Assembly: GCA_964462215.1 (NCBI GenBank)
Contig: CAYWVZ010000006.1
Coordinates: 1 to 55,416 of the forward strand
Reading direction: 5' to 3'
DNA: 55,416 bases
Source of the DNA: an uncultured Candidatus Saccharibacteria bacterium
GTDB taxonomy: Bacteria > Patescibacteriota > Saccharimonadia > Saccharimonadales > JAUPVS01
Both the position numbers and the translations under genes were made by a program. This document shows positions 49,609 through 55,416 of this stretch, piece after piece (position 1 is the first letter of the stretch; every line of letters starts with the position of its first letter). Under the pieces are notes generated by a model. It made no database searches, had not been told where the DNA came from, and worked only from the letters and a program-made list of their open reading frames with translations.

Positions 49609-50970
49609 CTAGGTTCGGTCCCGGAGGGCCCGCCGGGCGGTTTTAACCTCGTCGTAGGGGCGTTTGGTGACACGCCTAGGGTCGTCGTCGCTTTGCAGCA
49701 GGTGCCGCAGTTCGGCGGCCTGCGGGCCGTTGGTTAAGATAGATTTTTCGTGCCCCTTGCCTAGCAGCAGCACAATATCGCCCTTTCTGGCCAGATCGAC
49801 GGCTTTTTGAACGGCTTTTTCACGTTCATGAACCAAAAACAGGTTTTTACCTTCGGTTTTGCCAGCTTTAACGGCACCGCTGGCGATTTGTTCCAGGATT
49901 TCCTGGCCGTCCATGTCGCGGTCATCCTCTTCGGTGGCAATCACAATATCGCAGTAGCGGCCGGCCACTTCGCCCTGTTGGGCGCGCTTGGCTTCGTCGC
50001 GCCGGCCAGCCGAACCGAACACGGCAATCAGCCGCCCTTTGGCCAGTGGTTTAACTTCTTTAAAGATCTTCTCGAAGCTCTCCGGTGTGTGGGCGTAATC
50101 GACAATCACTTCGAAGTCCTGGCCTTCGTCAACTCGCGTCATGCGGCCCTCGACGGCTTTGAGGCTGGCGATGCCGGCTTCTATCTGTTTAGGCTCCAGG
50201 CCGATGGCTCGCCCTACGCCCACGGCGGCCAAGGAGTTATAGACGTTAAAATTGCCAGGCAGGTGACATGCAATCTGGTACCTATCCTGGCCAATCGTGG
50301 CTGCAAACGTGCTGCCGGACGGGGTTAATTTCACGTCGGTAGCCTTGAGGTCGCCCTTTTCGCGACCGTAGCGGATAGGATTGGCGACGGCAGCTGCGAA
50401 CAGTTCGCCGCTGGGGTCGTCGGCATTAACTACCCCTGTCCGCAGACCGCGGCGGTTGGCATTGGTTTGGGTAAATAGCATCTTTTTGGCGTCGCGGTAA
50501 CGCTCGAAAGTACCGTGGTAGTCCAGGTGTTCATGGCTGATATTCGTCATCACCGCCACCGTGAACGGCACGCCGGCTACCCGGTGCTGGGCCAAGCCCT
50601 GGCTGGTTACTTCCAGCACCAGCCATTCGGCTCCGGCAGCCTTAACTTTTTTGAGCTGCTTAACCAGCGCCAAGGAGCCCATGGTAGTCATGCGGCTGGG
50701 GTTGGGCTGTTCCCCCCTACCGTCGCCATAATCCACCGAAATAGTGGTCATCATGGCCACTTTGTAGCCGTTGTGGCGCAACATTTGGGTTATCAGGGTA
50801 CAGGTGCTGGTTTTGCCGTCGGTGCCAGTAACGCCAATGATGTTCAAACCACGCGCCGGAAAGCCAAACAACGTCTGCTCCACCAGTGCTTCGCCCCAGT
50901 GGCCATATGGTTCTATTTTCTTAAAGGTTTTGCGTGGGATAATCTTCTTGACGGTGCTGCGGAAACTCAT
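49609..50970 (-). CDS. murE: UDP-N-acetylmuramoyl-tripeptide synthetase (MurE-type Mur ligase)
   Basis: 453 aa. IIGVTGTDGKTST P-loop, and Mur ligase middle and C-terminal domains. The third-residue specificity motif is non-canonical (TEEDDRD where DAP enzymes have DNPR). Confidence 0.85.
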   Translation of the reverse strand: MSFRSTVKKIIPRKTFKKIEPYGHWGEALVEQTLFGFPARGLNIIGVTGTDGKTSTCTLITQMLRHNGYKVAMMTTISVDYGDGRGEQPNPSRMTTMGSLALVKQLKKVKAAGAEWLVLEVTSQGLAQHRVAGVPFTVAVMTNISHEHLDYHGTFERYRDAKKMLFTQTNANRRGLRTGVVNADDPSGELFAAAVANPIRYGREKGDLKATDVKLTPSGSTFAATIGQDRYQIACHLPGNFNVYNSLAAVGVGRAIGLEPKQIEAGIASLKAVEGRMTRVDEGQDFEVIVDYAHTPESFEKIFKEVKPLAKGRLIAVFGSAGRRDEAKRAQQGEVAGRYCDIVIATEEDDRDMDGQEILEQIASGAVKAGKTEGKNLFLVHEREKAVQKAVDLARKGDIVLLLGKGHEKSILTNGPQAAELRHLLQSDDDPRRVTKRPYDEVKTARRALRDRT

Positions 50971-50993
50971 GACCTCAAGTATACTAGGTTTTG

Positions 50994-52055
50994 ATGAAGA
51001 TTTTAGGGATTGAATCGAGTTGCGACGAAACAGCAGCCGCCGTGGTCGAAGACGGCCGGCGGTTGCTAGGCAGCGTGGTAGCCAGCAGCATGGCCCAACA
51101 CGTGCAGTACGGCGGCGTGGTGCCCGAGATCGCCGCCCGCAGCCACATTGAGGTAATTATCCCTGTTATTGAGCGGGCTTTGGCCGAAGCGGACTGCACC
51201 TGGGACGACATCGACGGCATGGCCGTCACCTACGGCGCCGGTTTGGGCGGCTGCTTGCTGGTGGGCGTAATGACCGCCCGCAGCCTGGCCATCGCCAAAA
51301 ATAAGCCGCTGTACGCCTGCAACCACGTCGAGGGACATGTGTACGCTAACTTTCTTACCAGCACTTCCCTGCCCGGCTACGTTTTGCCCAAGCAGCCGCC
51401 CAAATTCCCCCTGTTAGCACTGATTGTCAGCGGCGGCCACAGCCAGCTGGTGTTGTTTCGCGACCACTTCGATTACACCCTGCTGGGCCAAACCCACGAT
51501 GACGCCATCGGCGAAGCGTTCGACAAAGTCGCCAAAATCCTTGGCTTGCCCTACCCTGGCGGCCCCAGTATCGGCGTTAGGGCTAAAGAGGGCGACCCCT
51601 ACGCCTTCGAGTTCCCCAAGGCCAAGCTGGCCGCCCCCTATGACTTTAGCTTCTCTGGGCCCAAGACAGCCGTTTTAAGGGCCGCTCAAGAGGTTTGCGG
51701 TAAAGACCACGCCTTCCCCTCTTTTGAGCTTGCCGGGCTGCTCTCTGAGGCTCAGAAGGCCGATATTGCCGCCAGTTTCCAGCGGGTGGCCGTCGAAACA
51801 GTGGTCGATAAGACCATTCAGGCCTACCAAGAGTTCCAGCCGGCCAGTGTGGTCATTGCTGGCGGCGTAGCCGCCAGCCCGGAACTGCGGCGGCAACTGG
51901 CCGAACGACTGCCCCACCCTATTAATTACACCGATCCTAAGCTCTGTACCGACAACGGTGCCATGATCGCCGCATTGGGCTGCTTTATGGCTCTGAACCA
52001 GCAACCAACCGCCGACCCCTATTCCCTGGCCATCCAGCCCAACCTATCGATGTAA
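50994..52055 (+). CDS. tsaD: tRNA N6-threonylcarbamoyladenosine transferase TsaD
   Basis: MKILGIESSCDETAAAVV ... CNHVEGHV ... SGGHSQL ... DNGAMIA. Confidence 0.93.
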   Translation: MKILGIESSCDETAAAVVEDGRRLLGSVVASSMAQHVQYGGVVPEIAARSHIEVIIPVIERALAEADCTWDDIDGMAVTYGAGLGGCLLVGVMTARSLAIAKNKPLYACNHVEGHVYANFLTSTSLPGYVLPKQPPKFPLLALIVSGGHSQLVLFRDHFDYTLLGQTHDDAIGEAFDKVAKILGLPYPGGPSIGVRAKEGDPYAFEFPKAKLAAPYDFSFSGPKTAVLRAAQEVCGKDHAFPSFELAGLLSEAQKADIAASFQRVAVETVVDKTIQAYQEFQPASVVIAGGVAASPELRRQLAERLPHPINYTDPKLCTDNGAMIAALGCFMALNQQPTADPYSLAIQPNLSM

Positions 52056-52248
52056 AAAGCCCGCTAACAGTTGAGGTTATTTTGCGGTTGTGGGGGCTTG
52101 TTGTCGATGTTATGCTTATGATTGAAAACAAACATTGGGAAAAGGAACGAATGCAGGCCTGCGCGTTCTGTTGGTTGTGGTTCATATGTCTTTGGGCATT
52201 CTTCAAAAACCGGTTTTTTCCGGAAAAGTTAAGAATGTTTTAACTTCA

Positions 52249-52341
52249 TGTGGATAACTAATTATTGAACCTATTCTTAAAAACTGATTAAATTTCCGAA
52301 AGTTTTTCCACAGGCTACCGAATATGCTATGCTGTGGAAAA
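52249..52341. promoter_or_regulatory. Cluster of DnaA-box matches in a 405-bp AT-rich intergenic region
   Basis: TGTGGATAA (52249-52257) is the exact complement of TTATCCACA. TTTTCCACA (52304-52312) and TGTGGAAAA (52333-52341) are 8/9 matches; extended by one base each they give a 10-bp inverted repeat (52304-52313 / 52332-52341) with an 18-nt spacer. There is also a 7/9 match at 52176-52184. Confidence 0.45.
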
Positions 52342-52392
52342 TTTCAAAAAAAGCCCATTAATTAATCGACAGATACTTAAAAAGTTATTAAC

Positions 52393-52420
52393 TCTTAAAA
52401 AAATCTTAAATTCCTCTTAA
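52393..52420 (+). repeat. Three TCTTAA direct repeats at exact 11-bp spacing upstream of valS
   Basis: TCTTAA at 52393, 52404 and 52415, with a degenerate AATTAA at 52426. They lie 41-68 nt upstream of the valS ATG. Related TTCTTAA (52274-52280) and TTAAGAA (52229-52235) lie further upstream. Confidence 0.5.
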
Positions 52421-52460
52421 GATTTAATTAAATTTTAAGGAGAAAAAAGGTAAAATTTTC

Positions 52461-55028
52461 ATGAAATTGTCCAAGGTATATGAACCCAGCCAATACGAGT
52501 CGACGGTTTATGCGTTGTGGGAGAAAACCCAAGCCTTCGCGCCCAAGCAGCGGGGAAGTAAGGGCAGTTTTAGTATTGTCGTGCCGCCGCCCAACGCCAA
52601 CGGCAACCTTCACCTGGGGCATGGGCTAACGCTGGCTATCGAGGATGTGCTGGTACGGTATCATCGGCTAAAAGGGGAGTCTGCGCTGCTGTTGCCGGGC
52701 GCCGACCATGCCGGTTTTGAAACCCAGGTGGTATACGAAAAAGAGCTGGCCAAAACAGGCAAGAGCCGCTTCGATTTCAGCCGCGAACAGCTATACGACC
52801 AGATTTATGACTTCGTGAGCGCCAACAAAGATAATTACGAATCCCAGTTCCGCCGGCTCGGCGCCAGCGTAGACTGGTCGCGTTACGTCTTTACGCTGGA
52901 CGACAAGATTGTTAAACGGGCCTATGATACCTTCAAACAGATGTGGGACGACGGTTTGGTGTACCGCGGTAATCGTTTGGTTAACTTCTGTACCTTCCAC
53001 GGTACGGCTTTCGCCGATATTGAGGTGGCCTACAAAGAAGCAAAAGGGCACTTGTGGCACATCCGCTACCCGCTAACGGACGGCAGCGGGGAGCTGGTAG
53101 TCGCCACCACCCGGCCGGAAACCATGCTCGGTGACACTGCCGTAGCTGTCCATCCGGATGACCCGCGCTACCAAAAGTATATCGGCAAAACTGCCCGGCT
53201 TCCCCTGACGAATCGGGAAATTCCGGTTATCACCGACGCCATGGTGGAACGCGAGTTCGGCACCGGTGCCGTCAAGATCACGCCGGCTCACGACCCCAAC
53301 GACTATGAGGTCGCCCAGCGCCACGACCTGCCGTTTATAACCATTATCGACCACGAGGGCAAGCTGACGGCCGAGGTGCCCGAGGCCTACCGCGGCCTGG
53401 ACGTCAAAGAAGCCCGCAAAACAGTGGTCAAAGACCTGACGGAGCAGGGTTTACTGGCCGAAACCGAGGACATCACACACAACGTCGGGCACTGCTACAA
53501 GTGCGGCACGGTCATCGAGCCGTTGTTGCGCGACCAGTGGTTCGTTGACATGCAACCGCTCGTCCAGCCGGCCATCCAAGCCCTAGAGAAGGGTGCCATA
53601 ACCTTTTATCCGGAGGCTAAAAAACAGCAGCTTATCACATACCTGCAGGGGTTAAAGGATTGGAATATCAGCCGGCAGATTGCCTGGGGCATCCCGATTC
53701 CGGCCTTCCAGAACATCGATGACAGCGACGATTGGATCTACGACGAACGGGTAGACGAGGAGTTACTCGAAATCGACGGCAAAACTTACCGCCGCGACCC
53801 GGACGTCTTCGACACCTGGTTCAGCAGCGCCAGCTGGCCCTACGCCACACTGGATTACCCCGACGGCCAGGATTTCAACCAATTCTACCCCTTGAGCGTT
53901 ATGGAGACCGGCGCCGATATCCTCTACCCTTGGGTTAGCCGGATGATCATGTTCGGCCTATACGTAACAGGGGAGGTGCCGTTCAAAAACGTTTACCTGC
54001 ACGGCCTGGTGCTCGACCAGCACGGCGCCAAAATGAGCAAAAGCAAAGGCAACGTGGTTGACCCGATGGAAAAAGTGACCGAGTTTGGCTCGGACGCCTT
54101 TCGCATGGGCATCATTGCCGGCCAGACGCCGGGCCACAACCAACCCTATGACGAGAGCAAGCTGGTTGGCGCCCGTAACTTCTGTAATAAGCTCTGGAAT
54201 ATGGCGCGATTTATCGAGGATAAGCTGGGCGACCAGCCAGTTACTACCAGTCCGGAACCCCAAACTCCGGCCGATCACTGGATATTGCATAAATTACAAC
54301 AGTCTACAGAGGCGGTGGAACAGTATTTGGACGAATACCGGATTTCTGAGGCCTACGAAACCGTCTATCACTTGGTATGGGATGATGTGGCCGATTGGTA
54401 CATTGAAGCCTCTAAGACGGCCGTGAATCCCTCTGTGCTGGCTTATACGCTGCAAACCGTACTGCAGTTAGCCCACCCGTTCGCGCCGTTTGTTACCGAG
54501 ACAATTTGGCAGACCCTGGCCTGGGAGCCAGACAGTGTCTTGGCGACCAGCGGGTGGCCGGAGACACACCAGGCTAGCCAGAAGCAAGCCCGTACTTTTG
54601 AAGAGATTAAGGCTGTCGTGACCGAAGTCCGCGGCCTAACCAATGCCCTGAAAGCCCGCAACCTGGAACTGCATTATGCCGACGCACCGCTGCTAGCCGA
54701 ACAGGCCGAGCTGATCGCCCGCCTGGCCCGCCTAAAAGCAATTACGCAAGCGCCCGATGACGGGGAAGGGGTACGGCTGGTACAAACACCGTACCAGGCC
54801 TGGCTGAACGTCAGCGCCAAAGCCGCCCAGGCCTACGCCGATGAGCTACAAACCAAGCAGGCCGAGCAAGAGCAGGTTATTAAGCAGCTTAAGGGGCGGC
54901 TGGCTAACAAAAGCTATGTCACCAACGCACCGTTCAGCGTCGTTCAGCAAACCAAAGACCAGCTGGCCGAAGCTGAACAGCTCCTCGGCACCTTGGCTGC
55001 CGAAGCCAGCCGCTTCAACAAAGTTTAA
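52461..55028 (+). CDS. valS: Valine--tRNA ligase
   Basis: 855 aa. PPPNANGNLHLGH (HIGH), KMSKSKGN (KMSKS), CP1 editing domain, and a C-terminal coiled coil. Confidence 0.97.
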   Translation: MKLSKVYEPSQYESTVYALWEKTQAFAPKQRGSKGSFSIVVPPPNANGNLHLGHGLTLAIEDVLVRYHRLKGESALLLPGADHAGFETQVVYEKELAKTGKSRFDFSREQLYDQIYDFVSANKDNYESQFRRLGASVDWSRYVFTLDDKIVKRAYDTFKQMWDDGLVYRGNRLVNFCTFHGTAFADIEVAYKEAKGHLWHIRYPLTDGSGELVVATTRPETMLGDTAVAVHPDDPRYQKYIGKTARLPLTNREIPVITDAMVEREFGTGAVKITPAHDPNDYEVAQRHDLPFITIIDHEGKLTAEVPEAYRGLDVKEARKTVVKDLTEQGLLAETEDITHNVGHCYKCGTVIEPLLRDQWFVDMQPLVQPAIQALEKGAITFYPEAKKQQLITYLQGLKDWNISRQIAWGIPIPAFQNIDDSDDWIYDERVDEELLEIDGKTYRRDPDVFDTWFSSASWPYATLDYPDGQDFNQFYPLSVMETGADILYPWVSRMIMFGLYVTGEVPFKNVYLHGLVLDQHGAKMSKSKGNVVDPMEKVTEFGSDAFRMGIIAGQTPGHNQPYDESKLVGARNFCNKLWNMARFIEDKLGDQPVTTSPEPQTPADHWILHKLQQSTEAVEQYLDEYRISEAYETVYHLVWDDVADWYIEASKTAVNPSVLAYTLQTVLQLAHPFAPFVTETIWQTLAWEPDSVLATSGWPETHQASQKQARTFEEIKAVVTEVRGLTNALKARNLELHYADAPLLAEQAELIARLARLKAITQAPDDGEGVRLVQTPYQAWLNVSAKAAQAYADELQTKQAEQEQVIKQLKGRLANKSYVTNAPFSVVQQTKDQLAEAEQLLGTLAAEASRFNKV

Positions 55029-55416
55029 TCGTCGAAGGCTAGGGTCTGGCGGATGGCGGCCACGCTGTTGGCCGGACGGTAGTCATCAAACCATAACACG
55101 CGCCAGCCCAGGCGTTCGGCGGCCATAAGATTAGTGCGGCTGTCGTCGACGAACAGAATCTCTTGCGGCGCTACGCCCGCCCGTTCTTGGGCGATCTGGT
55201 AAATCTGGGGTTCCGGCTTAATAGCATGCACTTCTGACGAGTCAATAATTGCCTGGTAGGGCAGGGCGGGGATCTTACCGGCTGTCTGCAAAGCAGTGAT
55301 CAGACCGGGCATAATGTTGCTGAGCAGGCCGATGCGATAGTGCTCAGCTGCCCAGGGAAGCAGCTCTTGCATGTCGGCAATCGGCTCCACGGCCTCTAAA
55401 TAATAGGTTTGCCAGT
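55025..55416 (-). CDS. HAD-superfamily hydrolase, C-terminal part (N-terminus beyond window end)
   Basis: The ORF-track entry starts at an internal GTG (55390). The frame stays open upstream to nt 55416 (...WQTYYLEAVEPIADMQ...). HAD motifs SN (LLSN), K (IKPEPQIY), and VDD (ILFVDDS). Motif I (DxD) must lie outside the window. Confidence 0.7.
   Translation of the reverse strand, partial: WQTYYLEAVEPIADMQELLPWAAEHYRIGLLSNIMPGLITALQTAGKIPALPYQAIIDSSEVHAIKPEPQIYQIAQERAGVAPQEILFVDDSRTNLMAAERLGWRVLWFDDYRPANSVAAIRQTLAFDD

Noticed and set aside
52118-52243. 41-codon hydrophobic Cys/Trp/Phe-rich ORF (MIENKHWEKERMQACAFCWLWFICLWAFFKNRFFPEKLRMF), a possible type I toxin-like peptide
   Set aside because: No SD and no obvious promoter, and it lies in AT-rich DNA where such ORFs arise by chance. 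I have no conservation evidence. It is worth checking only if transcriptomics shows a small RNA or mRNA here.
52393-52430. TCTTAA 11-bp repeats considered as a CRISPR array or minisatellite
   Set aside because: The repeat unit is only 6 nt with 5-nt spacers, there are 3-4 copies, and no cas genes are present. This fits protein-binding direct repeats or an unwinding element instead.
52056-52460. T-box riboswitch upstream of valS
   Set aside because: I found no T-box core (AGGGUGGNACCGCG-like), no specifier-loop/antiterminator arrangement, and no terminator hairpin plus U-tract before the valS start.
1-55416. Search for mobile elements, rRNA/tRNA genes, CRISPR arrays, recoded stop codons and known defence-system hallmarks
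   Set aside because: - No transposase, integrase or recombinase motifs.
- No tRNA-like T-loop (GGTTCGAATCC-type) in any intergenic region.
- No long repeat arrays.
- Long ORFs terminate normally with TAA, TAG or TGA (standard code 11).
- Apart from the single RelE/ParE pair, no nuclease, helicase or methylase clusters that suggest defence islands.

Overview
This is a gene-dense 55.4-kb chromosomal segment with about 60 CDS. I found no rRNA, tRNA, CRISPR array, integrase or transposase. GC looks mid-50s % by eye, not computed.

Most of the window is housekeeping:
- Translation and RNA: rpsF-ssb-rpsR, efp, tlyA, rnj, pnp, rpsO, truB, rpsT, orn, tsaD, argS, valS, ychF.
- Replication and repair: ftsK, holA, mutM, polA, dnaG-rpoD, radC.
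- Other: groES/EL with a CIRCE operator, msrB, mscL, murE.

Gene content points to a small-genome CPR/Patescibacteria (Saccharibacteria-like) bacterium. The clues are a CarS-like lipid gene, DUF1361, an archaeal-type PGI/PMI, and disordered tails on core proteins. This placement is an inference, not a demonstrated result.

The main finding is at 2.7-7.1 kb. One strand carries, in order:
- an OmpR-type response regulator;
- a 35-codon ORF (3560-3667) that is absent from the ORF track, has a strong Shine-Dalgarno (SD) site, and ends ...ATPWAN;
- an intrinsic terminator;
- a six-TM histidine kinase;
- a translationally coupled 663-aa enzyme. It fuses a prenyltransferase/cyclase-repeat domain (DLDDT) to a class-I isoprenoid-fold domain (DDFLDDE ... 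NDDAHDWKE).

This layout resembles a ComQXPA-type prenylated-peptide signalling cassette. I know of no such system described in this lineage.

Other points worth a second look:
- TTCTTAA direct repeats with 11-bp phasing at three loci.
- A 405-bp AT-rich gap with DnaA boxes upstream of valS.
- A 619-codon secreted-protein ORF at the window start that the ORF track missed.
- A 117-nt structured element between ssb and rpsR.
- A CDP-alcohol transferase/PHP/CarS-like operon.
- A small accessory islet: atypical kinase, unknown gene, amidinotransferase-fold enzyme, RelE/ParE toxin-antitoxin (TA) pair.
- A recurrent leaderless promoter layout, with a -10 hexamer 6-10 nt upstream of the ATG at about 15 genes.

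Many long ORFs in the track are antisense shadows of real genes, and I rejected them.
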